A stretch of DNA of 64,000 nt from a virus. Taxonomy: Duplodnaviria; Caudoviricetes. Under the pieces are notes generated by a model. The model had not been told where the DNA came from. It saw only the letters and a list, made by a program, of their open reading frames with translations, and did no database searches. Below, one piece after another: positions 9,307 to 19,347 of this stretch. The DNA is taken from positions 96,001 to 160,000 of the IMG/VR virus record IMGVR_UViG_3300026549_000030. One strand, given 5' to 3'. Numbering within the stretch: the stretch's first letter is position 1; each line of letters opens with the position of its first letter. A program made the translations under genes and the position numbers.

Positions 9307-12300
9307 TTATGAAAGCTCTTCGAATTCAACACCCTGAGGTGTAACAATGAACTCAAGTTCGATAGCTTCAAGAACAGGTGTAGGTTTCACCCAAATCTTT
9401 CCACTCATCTCGTGAGCGTCCATTTGCTCCTTAGTCTGAGAAATGTCAACCCTGTAATCAGTAATGCCCCTATCGGACTTAATCTGAGAAAGGATATCCC
9501 TCAAAATACCGTCGAAGTCCTCAGCAGTTGAAGGGTCGTTGTCGTCGAATACAAGCCCGAGACTTGCCTTAACAACAATCTTACGTAGATAGAGAACAAG
9601 GCGAATCGTATTGAGCCTGCTGAGAGGATTAGTCTCGTCGCAGATGTAGAGCGTCTTGTTGCCCCAAATTCTAACACCCTCAGGGAAGGACATAAGAGGA
9701 TTGATTCTGTTGTCATAAACATTATCCCTATCCTCGAGCTTGCAGGAAACGTGAAGCTTACTGCATTCAACCTTACCCCTTTCAAGACCTGCGGAAGCAG
9801 TCCAAGGATACTTCTTGTTGTCAACGTTAGCCATATCTCTAAGGGCGTCCTTCGTTGCAGGGAGGTTAATATACATATTGTGCTCCTTGTCGAAGTACTT
9901 AACCCAAGGATAGAACGTAGTTCCATAGTAGCTGTTCACGTTGGTATCTTCGAGGTTAGCTGCAGCCTCTGAAGAAGTGTAAGCGTCGCTAAGATTCTCG
10001 TCCTTTGCACCCCAAGGCTTATCAGGAGTCGTAACAACATACACTGAATCGCCACGGCCTTCAACTACGCTGAACGCGTCCTCAGAAAGAAGCGCGTTGT
10101 TGAGGTAGTCAATACCAGGAGTTGCGAAGAGGTTGATAGCGTTCTTCTCAGGGTCTGCAAATTGATTAATACCAGCAAGGAATGCATAGTAGTCAGAAGT
10201 AATGCAGTTTCCGCTGAGTGAGAGAGCGTCACCGTTGTAAATCTTTGAGAACGTATTTCCGTGTCCGTTTACGATAGTTCCCTTGTACTTGTTAGCCTTA
10301 AACTCGTCAGTAGCGGTACGAGCCCTACGATAGATATCCCAACCGTCGAAGCCACCATAAGGATAAACAGTGAATTTGCGGAGGTTAACATTCTCGTAGA
10401 TAGTTCCTTCCATTTCCTGCTCGCTTCCGATAACAGGAGCCTTGTCGCCGCCCGTAACAACGTTGTTAGGAGAAACTGCGTCCCAAGTAACACCCGTTGT
10501 TGAAGGATCACCGTCAACAGTTACCTTGATTCCAATTTCCTTCAAGATATCAGGATGAAGCGTTGAGTCAAGGTGGAATCCGTTGGTGTAACCAACATTG
10601 TACTGCTCCGTGTAAGCGCACTTACCCTTGTACCTAAGGATATCAATGTCAACACCTTTAATGTCAGAAAGTCCGAAATACTGACGCTTGTCCTTAATAT
10701 CTTCGTCATAGTAAAGGTTGTACTCGAAGTGAGGAGATTCTAAGCCCTCGGTGCTGTAATCACGTACAGGATATCCGAGGAAACCGCAAGGAACACATTC
10801 CTTCGTCATCTCATTCTCGATAATCTCAACCATTACATAGTTTGATTTGAGCTCATACTTTCCGTCAAGCGTACCAATCTTAAGTCCGATATAGTTGCTT
10901 GTTCCGGGAACCATTGAAAGTTTCCTGTATGATTCAAGAATTGTAGGATTGCCGTCGCTGTCGTTGTAGTCACGGATAAGAACGTCGAATGTTCCGTCCT
11001 CAGGGCGAACGTTTGCAATAGAAACCTTCACTTCCTCATTTGCGGTGTTACCGTCAGAAATTGTGTGGAAGCGGAAGAGCTTCTTAACCTCGGCGTTGCT
11101 TGCGTCACCCTTAAGTTCTGAAACAATCCAAGGAGTAGAAGCGCAACGGAACTCTTCACGGTAGTCGCACATATCATTGATAAATGCAACCTTACCCTCG
11201 TCGTCAAGAGCTACGAACGCATCGTATGCGAGGTTGTAAACTGCGTCAGCCTTGTTATCCTCGATTGCGCTAACCTTTGCTTCCTTTCCGTCCTTTGTAA
11301 GAACAGGAACATACACATACTTCTTGATTCCTTCCTTATTCACATAAGAAGAAACCTTATAGATAGCGCCCTCTTCCATAGCAACCGTTGTCTCGGTAAC
11401 TGTATTTCCGCTGAGTTCGTTGTAAACGAAATCGTTGGATTCGTCGCCACAGTAATCAGCGCCGTATACGAATGTCTGAGCAAGGTTCCTTCTCTTAAGG
11501 TTACTTGCAGGAATTGTCACGAAGCCAAGAACAGGAGTTGCGACAGCAGTGATTTCAATAGGATTTACAGTTGTTACTTCTGAAGAGATAGCGTTAACAC
11601 TTCCGTTAAGGATAAGCTCTTCAAGCATAACGTCGTAAAGCTCCTCTACGAACACAGCCTTCTCACCGTCAGTTGGAGTTGCTCCAAGAACATTGTAGAT
11701 ATAGTCCTTTGCACCAGGATTGAGAGAAACGGCATACTTACCAACCTCTTCTCCATCTTTCTTGCAAACGATTGTGAATTTTCCGTAGTTCAATGCGTCT
11801 ACAGGGAAATCACCGTCGCTGTCGGTGTCAGTAGTAATTCCTGAGCAGTTAATCTGAATGCTGAGATTCGTATAAGGCGCTAACTCAACCTCATCGCAAT
11901 CATAGATAAGTGTATCATACGCTGAAATTGGATTGCACTCGTCACCAATGTTCGCATACTTACGATATTTTCCGCGGGAACGGAGAACAGCAACCACGTA
12001 CTTAGTGTCGCCACTTCCCTCTGCCGTAATAATGAATGCTGGGCCTGCGTTATAACCGCTAAGTCCGAGTACACGGCAGACGTAAAGCTTATCTGAAGCC
12101 TCAAGATAAGATTTAGCTACATACGGAAGTTCATACCTAGGGTATTGGCTGTCCTTGAACAATTCAGGATCCGTTCCGCCGAAGCGAGTATAATACTCGT
12201 CCCACTTGTGAAGTTCGATAGCCTCAAAAGCAGGTCCTTTCTTAGTTTCGCCGACTAAGCCGAGAGATGTAATACCCAAAGTCTTCGCTGCATATGACAA

Positions 12301-12357
12301 TGAAGAAATCTGTGTGTAGACACCTGGGCTTGAATGTGTACCTCTAATTTTTCCCAT
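9307..12357 (-). CDS. Tail sheath protein (gp18-like)
   Basis: N-terminal SPGVYT...LGLVGETKKGPAF; C-terminal PWTASAGLERG, RINPL, IWGNKTL, RLNTIRLV, IWVKPTPVLEAIELEF. Confidence 0.95.
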   Translation of the reverse strand: MGKIRGTHSSPGVYTQISSLSYAAKTLGITSLGLVGETKKGPAFEAIELHKWDEYYTRFGGTDPELFKDSQYPRYELPYVAKSYLEASDKLYVCRVLGLSGYNAGPAFIITAEGSGDTKYVVAVLRSRGKYRKYANIGDECNPISAYDTLIYDCDEVELAPYTNLSIQINCSGITTDTDSDGDFPVDALNYGKFTIVCKKDGEEVGKYAVSLNPGAKDYIYNVLGATPTDGEKAVFVEELYDVMLEELILNGSVNAISSEVTTVNPIEITAVATPVLGFVTIPASNLKRRNLAQTFVYGADYCGDESNDFVYNELSGNTVTETTVAMEEGAIYKVSSYVNKEGIKKYVYVPVLTKDGKEAKVSAIEDNKADAVYNLAYDAFVALDDEGKVAFINDMCDYREEFRCASTPWIVSELKGDASNAEVKKLFRFHTISDGNTANEEVKVSIANVRPEDGTFDVLIRDYNDSDGNPTILESYRKLSMVPGTSNYIGLKIGTLDGKYELKSNYVMVEIIENEMTKECVPCGFLGYPVRDYSTEGLESPHFEYNLYYDEDIKDKRQYFGLSDIKGVDIDILRYKGKCAYTEQYNVGYTNGFHLDSTLHPDILKEIGIKVTVDGDPSTTGVTWDAVSPNNVVTGGDKAPVIGSEQEMEGTIYENVNLRKFTVYPYGGFDGWDIYRRARTATDEFKANKYKGTIVNGHGNTFSKIYNGDALSLSGNCITSDYYAFLAGINQFADPEKNAINLFATPGIDYLNNALLSEDAFSVVEGRGDSVYVVTTPDKPWGAKDENLSDAYTSSEAAANLEDTNVNSYYGTTFYPWVKYFDKEHNMYINLPATKDALRDMANVDNKKYPWTASAGLERGKVECSKLHVSCKLEDRDNVYDNRINPLMSFPEGVRIWGNKTLYICDETNPLSRLNTIRLVLYLRKIVVKASLGLVFDDNDPSTAEDFDGILRDILSQIKSDRGITDYRVDISQTKEQMDAHEMSGKIWVKPTPVLEAIELEFIVTPQGVEFEELS

Positions 12358-12425
12358 ATCGAATTTTATTTAATCCTTTTTGTCATTTATTTTTATATAA
12401 ATACTTTCTTTTTTGTGAAAATAAG

Positions 12426-13709
12426 TTATTCTTCGTCATTTACCTCATATTCATCTTCTGTTTGCTCTTCGTCGAGTATAGATTCCAAATCATCAAGGCT
12501 TTCTGCGTAGACAATATCCGGCGAATATCCGCCGAGTTTTATTTTCAAAACCTCGTTCTTATGCATTCCCTTATTTGCGGTAATTTTTACCTCATCGTCC
12601 GACCGTAATACGAGTGGAGTATCAACCGTAATGGCACTTTGCGTTATTTCGTCATTTACATAAATTTGTAAATTGCTTATTCCGTGCTCGTACGTAACAC
12701 CTGTAACCACAAGGTTAACGTCGGAAGGAATCGAGAATTTTGCCTTATCTATACACTTCGGCAACGTAACAGAAACGCTTATCGGCTTATAGTAATACTT
12801 ACTCTTTTCCTCCTCGTTACATTCTAAGTCAGAAACGTCAATAACCGTATGGCTTCTACCAGTCTTCATTGGGAGATAAATCGTAGTAACTTCGCCGCAG
12901 GAACCTTCAATGAACAGTGGTTTGTACTCCAACTCATCCATTTCAATTTCGGGCTTCTTCTTAGTAAGACGAGGTAATCCCATTCCGACGCCAATTTTAA
13001 GCGGAACTTCGTCAACACGGTAGTCGTTCTCGGTTATGATATACGCCATAACTTTAATCTGATACGTTTGAGAGTAGAACTGCCTGTCGTTGATATTATA
13101 CTGAGACTCGTCGTTAATGCTCTCAAGCGTCATTGGAATGAAGTGCCCATTCGGTTGAATATAGCACTGACAAGCTGAGAAACATTTATTTACAATCGTA
13201 TTGAATTCATTCAGAGCAGAGTACCTTGTTGTGAATATAGAAACCTTGTAATTCAAGTCGATAGCCATTGGCTGTTTCATCTTCAATACAAGATAAGATT
13301 CTGAGCCGTTCTCGTCAAGAACTTTCTTCTTTTTCATTGGATAGAATCTTTCTCCCGGAATATTCCAAAGTCCGCTTTGAATTTCTCCGTATTTCGGGTT
13401 ATTCTCTCTCGTCACCGTCTTAAAATTAAGCAACAGATTCTTATTCTCGTCAACATATTTCCAAGACTGAGAATACTCAGAGAATCGCTGATTACTGAAC
13501 AACGACATAGTAGGGTACTCCTTGCCATCGTCTGAGACAATGGTAAGTCCCTTCACCCAATCCCTGAATGCTTCGTCTATATCCTTATATTCCAAAGTCT
13601 TCGGTAAGAACGTTCCGTCTTTGACAATATCGTTTAACATTTCAAGACGACGTGCGTTTCCTATCGAACTTGGATTAAGATTTATATGATTAAGATATTC
13701 CTTTGGCAT
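12426..13709 (-). CDS. Tail completion / sheath stabilizer-like protein (gp15-like)
   Basis: DIDEAF...QRFSEY...MKQPMAIDLNYKVSIFT motif; lies between neck and sheath genes. Confidence 0.55.
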   Translation of the reverse strand: MPKEYLNHINLNPSSIGNARRLEMLNDIVKDGTFLPKTLEYKDIDEAFRDWVKGLTIVSDDGKEYPTMSLFSNQRFSEYSQSWKYVDENKNLLLNFKTVTRENNPKYGEIQSGLWNIPGERFYPMKKKKVLDENGSESYLVLKMKQPMAIDLNYKVSIFTTRYSALNEFNTIVNKCFSACQCYIQPNGHFIPMTLESINDESQYNINDRQFYSQTYQIKVMAYIITENDYRVDEVPLKIGVGMGLPRLTKKKPEIEMDELEYKPLFIEGSCGEVTTIYLPMKTGRSHTVIDVSDLECNEEEKSKYYYKPISVSVTLPKCIDKAKFSIPSDVNLVVTGVTYEHGISNLQIYVNDEITQSAITVDTPLVLRSDDEVKITANKGMHKNEVLKIKLGGYSPDIVYAESLDDLESILDEEQTEDEYEVNDEE

Positions 13710-13711
13710 AA

Positions 13712-14251
13712 TTAGATATTCGCTGTTTCACTCTTATCACTTACCACCGTGCAGGTAATGCTCCTATAATAAGGAATAGTACCCCATAGCGTGTGCGCGT
13801 TATCGTAGTTCACCCTTCCGTCGTCAGCAACGATAAAATACTCCATATGTTCAGGAGTAACCTGCAGTCCAATGTAGTCTCCACGCTTAATGTCGCAGTC
13901 ATTCTCCTCAAGCTCCTTCTCATATATCGAGAAAGTAAGTTGCCCAACCTTCACATAATAGCCCTTAACTGTTTGAGTATCATATGTTTTCAACTCACCC
14001 TTGTCAAGTCTATATAGAACATTCAGTTCAACGGGAGTCTTGAATGTCAAATCATTGAAATTTGCCTCATTGTAGATATCGTCTACTTTAGTCGCGTCTC
14101 TATCAACCTCATAGAGTACAATAGTCTGGTTCAACGTCCTTAAATATTCCATTCCCATACGGATTTGTAAATCCACCTGGTCCTTGGACGTGAACATGTT
14201 ATTCCTATTGATAGGGTTCTTTCTTTTTATTCCCTCAGTGGAGAGTTTCAT
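13712..14251 (-). CDS. Neck / head-closure protein (gp14-like)
   Basis: QTIVLYEVD...DDIYNEA...PVEL...DIKRGDYIG. Start probably 14251-14263, just downstream of the motif at 14273. Confidence 0.6.
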   Translation of the reverse strand: MKLSTEGIKRKNPINRNNMFTSKDQVDLQIRMGMEYLRTLNQTIVLYEVDRDATKVDDIYNEANFNDLTFKTPVELNVLYRLDKGELKTYDTQTVKGYYVKVGQLTFSIYEKELEENDCDIKRGDYIGLQVTPEHMEYFIVADDGRVNYDNAHTLWGTIPYYRSITCTVVSDKSETANI

Positions 14252-14299
14252 AAACATTTGCATATTTATCATATAAATACAGTTTAAAACCCAAGAACT

Positions 14300-15220
14300 A
14301 TGCAAAAAGAGACTAAATACGAGCTCAACAAGATGTTTTCGCTCATGGAGAGGATGGACAAACACTACACTTCCTCAGAAGCACAAAGAATTGATGAACA
14401 AATTACTGAAATCGGTGCGGAATTCAGAAACGTTGTAGGCCCGGAAGAATTCTACGATTTACTCGAGGGAACACCAAAGGGACGCAGAATTACATTCGGA
14501 TATGTTACTGCAGCAAAAATCGCAGTCCCAAAGGGAAAGAAGCTCAACCCAGTTACAAATAGAATGAATCAGTTCGACGATTACGAGACATTAGGTAAGA
14601 ACCTTGGCGTAAGCGGAAAACTTATTAGCGTAATTAAGGTTGCTACTTACAACTTCCCTTGGCAGACTACAAATTCTATGAAGGATGAATATTCCAAGTA
14701 TAAACAGACAAGAGACGACCTTTCACAGAAATACGGTGTAGAGGTTGGAAAGGCAAGATACGGTACGGAAACAAACAATTTCGGTGCTAATGGCGGTATT
14801 ATCTCCTACAATGGAAACAACAATGAGCTTTCAGGGCACACATACACTAACATCAACATGTTTGATATTAAGCCCATTTCAACGAAGTACTATTTGGTAA
14901 AGGAAGATGGAAGTCTTGAAGAAATCAGCAAGGATAAGCTCGAGTTCCTTCCATATAAACAGAGTAACTCTATTATTGATAAGCTCCTTGCGGCAGGTGC
15001 TACTCAGGCTGAGGTTGAGCCACTTCTTAAAATGAACTACACTCGCTTCGAGCATTCACACATCCTTTTCTTCTCAGCCACGCCCGATTCAGGAATCCCT
15101 ACGGTGTTTATTAACTACAAGCTTTCAGATAAGATTGGTGGTATAACGAATGTAAATCCCGACGAAATTATCGGACTTGCAAAGCAGAGGTACGCAAGAT
15201 TCATGGAACCTCAATTCTAA
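14300..15220 (+). CDS. Hypothetical late protein
   Basis: 306 aa, TATTTAT at 14263; N-terminal MFSLMERMD and QITE. Confidence 0.8.
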   Translation: MQKETKYELNKMFSLMERMDKHYTSSEAQRIDEQITEIGAEFRNVVGPEEFYDLLEGTPKGRRITFGYVTAAKIAVPKGKKLNPVTNRMNQFDDYETLGKNLGVSGKLISVIKVATYNFPWQTTNSMKDEYSKYKQTRDDLSQKYGVEVGKARYGTETNNFGANGGIISYNGNNNELSGHTYTNINMFDIKPISTKYYLVKEDGSLEEISKDKLEFLPYKQSNSIIDKLLAAGATQAEVEPLLKMNYTRFEHSHILFFSATPDSGIPTVFINYKLSDKIGGITNVNPDEIIGLAKQRYARFMEPQF

Positions 15221-15242
15221 GAAAAAAACTTCAAATGTATAT

Positions 15243-15279
15243 AAAATCTGTCAGTTTCGCAAAAAATTGACAGATTTTT
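15243..15279 (+). terminator. Rho-independent terminator
   Basis: AAAATCTGTCA...TGACAGATTTT followed by T run. Confidence 0.6.
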
Positions 15280-15309
15280 TTGTATTTTTATTTCGTAATA
15301 TATTGTTTA

Positions 15310-17316
15310 ATGATTGTAAGCGCGAAAAAGAGAAATGAGGCGTTTGAAATATTAAGAGATTACGAAGGAGAAAACCCATATATATTAACGCTCAAGAAAT
15401 CCGTCTACGTTGAAGGAAACGCGGACGCGATTGGCAATTTCCAAGCGGAGTATATTCTAAGGAATTACAATATACAGCCAAAGAAGATAAACAGAATCGT
15501 AAAGTTGGCTGATTGGTACGCAGAGGATAAGATGAAAGAGTGGGAAATAGATTTCCTACCAAGCAAGATAAAAATTATCACCCTTCTCGGTGAAACGGAC
15601 AGCACGTATAACTGCTACATACAATACAGGCAGTCGGTGCCTCCACAGCCTTGTTTCTTGAAAAAGAACGGACTTCTCACAAATTTTCTCGTTGAAGATT
15701 ATAATAAGGTTAAAGTAGATTTCGACAGGTATAGTCGCTTGTCGGATTTCAAGCGTATTTTGTTTGATCACCAAAAAGACGCTGTTAAATTCTTACTGTC
15801 AAGAAAGAAGTGTATCCTCGCAGACGATATGGGGCTTGGCAAGTCAACAACCGTATCAGTCGCAGCAATAGAGGGAAATTTCGATTCGGTTCTTATTATT
15901 TGTCCGGCGTCTATTAAAGAAATTTGGAAAAGGGAATTATCATTCTACATTCCTGAGAAAGATATAACGATAATCGAAGGATTTTCAGATAAGAAGAAAG
16001 GTGAACTTGAAGAGTTTCTCGGATATGCCGTCGGAAAATCAAATATGACGAGAGAACAACTGTTGGAAGAGGCTAAGGAACGAGGGCAATGGAAATTCAA
16101 CAGGTTCATTATCGTGAATTACGATATTGTAGATAATTTCTTCAAGTCAAAGAGGACATATACCAAGCAGCAATTCGACGAGTTAATCTCGAACAATCCA
16201 ATGCTGAAGTATATCAATAATAGAAAATCTCTTATTATTCTCGACGAGGCACATAATTTATCTAATTCAAAATCAATACGTTATAAGACAATTAAGGGAC
16301 TTATAAGTAAGGGTAATCCCGATTCTATATATGCTGTAACGGGTACGCCGATTACCAATGACCCGGCTAATCTGTTCTGCGTTCTCAATTTACTCGGAGA
16401 TAACATTACCTCCGATTGGGATTACTATATGCGACGCTACTGTTCAGCCGAGGAATTCTGTAAGGATAAGGAAGAAAGGAACAGGTGGACTAGCGAATTC
16501 CTTAGAAAAAAGAAAAAGGGAACTTGGTACGATTTAACCAAGGAAGAAAAGAAAGAACTTAACGAGTATCTTCACGAACACTGCAAATTTATATTGGTTC
16601 CGAAGGGTCCGTCAAATTTGGAAGAGTTACGTGATAGAATTTCTCACATATATCTTCGTAGGACAAAAGACAGCCTAACACTTCCAGAAAAGACAATCCA
16701 CGAAATTTATTATGATTTGACACCCGAGCAGGAGAGTGAGTATAATAAATTATGGGAAGAGTACGAGGAGGAAAAGAGGACATTGGATCCTGAGAAAGAA
16801 CTTAACAAGGACTTACTCGAGGGAGCAATCTATCGCCAATATCTATCAAATGAAATGATACCAAATACAGTATCATTGACGGATAGGGCGGTTGCCAAGG
16901 GAGAAAAGGTTGTTATTGCCTGTTGTTACGACGAGGAACTTTACAAATTACAGGAACATTATGGAGACAAGTGTGTTATCTACAATGGAAAAATGTCACT
17001 TCGTCAGAAGGAAGACGCAATTTCTCAATTTATGGGAAATCCCGATGTGATGATTTTCATTGGGAATATTAAGGCGGCAGGAGTTGGAATTACTCTTACG
17101 GCTTCAAGGACGCTTATCTTCAATGACTTCGACTATGTTCCCGGCAACAACCAACAAATGTCAGACAGGGTGCATAGAATCAGCCAAACGCGCCCCGTCC
17201 ACATTATATACCAAATTTTCCGCAATACTCAATATCAGAAAATGTGGGAAATCAATGTCAGGAAGCAAGTTACAATAGATACAGTTATTAAAAAAGAGGA
17301 CGAAAAAAATGGCTAA
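15310..17316 (+). CDS. SNF2-family (HARP/SMARCAL1-like) helicase
   Basis: LADDMGLGKS, LDEAH, TGTPITN, LRRTK, GVGITLTAS, DRVHRISQ. Confidence 0.92.
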   Translation: MIVSAKKRNEAFEILRDYEGENPYILTLKKSVYVEGNADAIGNFQAEYILRNYNIQPKKINRIVKLADWYAEDKMKEWEIDFLPSKIKIITLLGETDSTYNCYIQYRQSVPPQPCFLKKNGLLTNFLVEDYNKVKVDFDRYSRLSDFKRILFDHQKDAVKFLLSRKKCILADDMGLGKSTTVSVAAIEGNFDSVLIICPASIKEIWKRELSFYIPEKDITIIEGFSDKKKGELEEFLGYAVGKSNMTREQLLEEAKERGQWKFNRFIIVNYDIVDNFFKSKRTYTKQQFDELISNNPMLKYINNRKSLIILDEAHNLSNSKSIRYKTIKGLISKGNPDSIYAVTGTPITNDPANLFCVLNLLGDNITSDWDYYMRRYCSAEEFCKDKEERNRWTSEFLRKKKKGTWYDLTKEEKKELNEYLHEHCKFILVPKGPSNLEELRDRISHIYLRRTKDSLTLPEKTIHEIYYDLTPEQESEYNKLWEEYEEEKRTLDPEKELNKDLLEGAIYRQYLSNEMIPNTVSLTDRAVAKGEKVVIACCYDEELYKLQEHYGDKCVIYNGKMSLRQKEDAISQFMGNPDVMIFIGNIKAAGVGITLTASRTLIFNDFDYVPGNNQQMSDRVHRISQTRPVHIIYQIFRNTQYQKMWEINVRKQVTIDTVIKKEDEKNG

Positions 17317-17497
17317 AAGACTTTTACCGATGGTAATAAGCGGAATAAATTGGAACGGGCTATGGTTCCGAGATACTATTTATGGATACTCATACGTATT
17401 CCATTGGAATCCATTTAAGACAATCAGAAATTTGATAAATGGAAACCTCTATCTCGGATTCTTCCCATTTCTTTCTAAACACATACGATTCAAATGA
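17309..17497 (+). CDS. Small hypothetical protein
   Basis: 62 aa, overlaps both neighbours (ATGA coupling downstream). Confidence 0.5.
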   Translation: MAKRLLPMVISGINWNGLWFRDTIYGYSYVFHWNPFKTIRNLINGNLYLGFFPFLSKHIRFK

Positions 17498-17943
17498 TTA
17501 CAGACGAAGAAAAAGCAAAATTATATTTGGTGTTCGCTGAAAGGTTAACCGAACAGCCAAATGTGAAGGGTATGTATGAATATGAATTCTATTTTTCAGA
17601 AATGCCCGAAACTGTATGGGCACCTGATTGGAATCAGCAGTGCCCGTCAGCCTGCAGCATAGAGAACCTACGCCCTGAGTTGACTTCATATAATAAAATC
17701 GAAAGGCTCTACACCGTCATACCAATCGTATGCATATGCAACAACTCTTGCCTTTCCTGTCAAGATATGGTTGACGGTATAATAGCGTGTGCATGGGAAG
17801 ATATTTCAGACTATGAAGAATATCCAGACCCGTTCAGACTTGTGTTCAATTATGGGGAAAAGTATGAATCAGTAGAATCTAAGTTGGCTCAGCGCCATCA
17901 GTTTTTTAGTATAACAGAAAATAAAGCGGAAGATAATGAATAA
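17494..17943 (+). CDS. Hypothetical protein
   Basis: 149 aa, Cys-rich, operonic. Confidence 0.75.
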   Translation: MITDEEKAKLYLVFAERLTEQPNVKGMYEYEFYFSEMPETVWAPDWNQQCPSACSIENLRPELTSYNKIERLYTVIPIVCICNNSCLSCQDMVDGIIACAWEDISDYEEYPDPFRLVFNYGEKYESVESKLAQRHQFFSITENKAEDNE

Positions 17944-17948
17944 TAGAA

Positions 17949-18209
17949 ATGGATGAAAAATTAATAAGGTGCATGTGCCATAGTCCCGAGCACCAATTGA
18001 TTATTGATTACGATGAGGAAGATAATATTGCTTATATAGAATACCACTTATGCCCGTTACCGTTCTTCCAACGTATAAAGCACGCGGCGAAGTACATTTT
18101 CGGACACCGTTCAATTTACGGAGATTTTGACGAAGTACTCGTCGATAAGGAATATGCAGATTATTTTATAGAATTAGGAACAAAACTAAAAGAAAACGCA
18201 CCTCAGTAA
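17949..18209 (+). CDS. Hypothetical protein (CxC...H motif)
   Basis: 86 aa, IRCMCHSPEH. Confidence 0.7.
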   Translation: MDEKLIRCMCHSPEHQLIIDYDEEDNIAYIEYHLCPLPFFQRIKHAAKYIFGHRSIYGDFDEVLVDKEYADYFIELGTKLKENAPQ

Positions 18210-18217
18210 GGTGCGTT
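18195..18217. terminator. Hairpin terminator between convergent genes
   Basis: AACGCACCT-CAGTA-AGGTGCGTT. Confidence 0.6.
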
Positions 18218-18224
18218 CATTTGT

Positions 18225-19232
18225 TTAATATCCCTTAGTATCTACATTAGAGTAAAGAATTAATTTACCATCCATATTGAGGTGAACAAGCTGCTTCATA
18301 CCTGCAGGTAAATCGTCGTCGAACACCATAAGGGCTTTCTCCAATCCTCTTACATTCTGAATCTTACTAACGTCTGCAATAACAACGTGAAGTCCACCTG
18401 AAGGTGTTTCGTATTCAGTCTCAATTGGAACTCCATACTGTTTAAGAATGTTTTTTGTCTCATTCCATACATTCACTGCGCCGAGAGCGATAAGTTCTTG
18501 TTCCTGATTTGGATACTTCGGGAGGAATATCTGAGAACCTCTTGATTCAATTGTAACAATGCAATTATTTAATTTTGGATAATTTACATCGTCAACATAA
18601 TAAACTTCCTTGCCGTTCTTATCAGTAACTTTCTTTAAGTGCAGTTTAGAAGTTTTTGTCAATGGAAGATAATATGCATTCTTCTTTGTATCAATATCAA
18701 GGAAGAAACGAAGTCTGTCAGGCCATTTCTGTGCATCGTATGCCTTTGCCTGTCCTGCCATATGTTCGAATCCGTATTTCTGATCCCAAGGATTTAATTT
18801 ACTTCCATACTTCTGGCTAAGATTTGCGAGGTGGCTATTGATTGCGCTTTCAGAACGTGGATTGCAAGTTATATACGCCCTCGCATTGTTGGCGTCGCAA
18901 TAAGAAACGATTTGCTGCTTCAGAGAAACAAGTTCCTGTTTACTATGAACCTTGAAGGCTGTTCCATTTGCAAAGTTTCCGAACTGCCCTCCGTGATGAT
19001 ATTCAAATGAATTTCTTGACTGTTGCCTCCAATTCTGGGCGCCAGATTTATCCTTGTTATCCTTCCAACGTTTAACTATCTGAACGAAGAAGAATTGGTC
19101 CGGGTCAGTAAGGTTGATTAAATCGCCAACAAGGTCAAAGTTATCAACGACGGCTTTCGCTTCCGTAAGTACCGCTCCCTCGCTTAACAGCCTCTTATAT
19201 TGTGACTCAGTTATGATAATGCTTTTTGCCAT
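18225..19232 (-). CDS. AEP/Prim-Pol-like protein with N-terminal leader
   Basis: FFLDIDTK (DxD) and YETPSGGLHVV (T/S-x-x-G-x-H) match AEP motifs; leader IIITESQYKRLLSE. Confidence 0.55.
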   Translation of the reverse strand: MAKSIIITESQYKRLLSEGAVLTEAKAVVDNFDLVGDLINLTDPDQFFFVQIVKRWKDNKDKSGAQNWRQQSRNSFEYHHGGQFGNFANGTAFKVHSKQELVSLKQQIVSYCDANNARAYITCNPRSESAINSHLANLSQKYGSKLNPWDQKYGFEHMAGQAKAYDAQKWPDRLRFFLDIDTKKNAYYLPLTKTSKLHLKKVTDKNGKEVYYVDDVNYPKLNNCIVTIESRGSQIFLPKYPNQEQELIALGAVNVWNETKNILKQYGVPIETEYETPSGGLHVVIADVSKIQNVRGLEKALMVFDDDLPAGMKQLVHLNMDGKLILYSNVDTKGY

Positions 19233-19347
19233 AAAAAATTTTTACTCATTATAAATACATTTCAATTCATAAAATTTACGTATGTTTGTTATGCAAAATG
19301 CCGATGACTATTGTTTTAGTCTACAAGCGAAAGGAAAAAAGTTAAAC

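Noticed and set aside
14264-14365. N-terminal extensions in the ORF track (starts 14365, 7959, 15280, 35622)
   Set aside because: They overlap divergent genes or promoter regions, or use TTG starts; downstream ATGs fit better.
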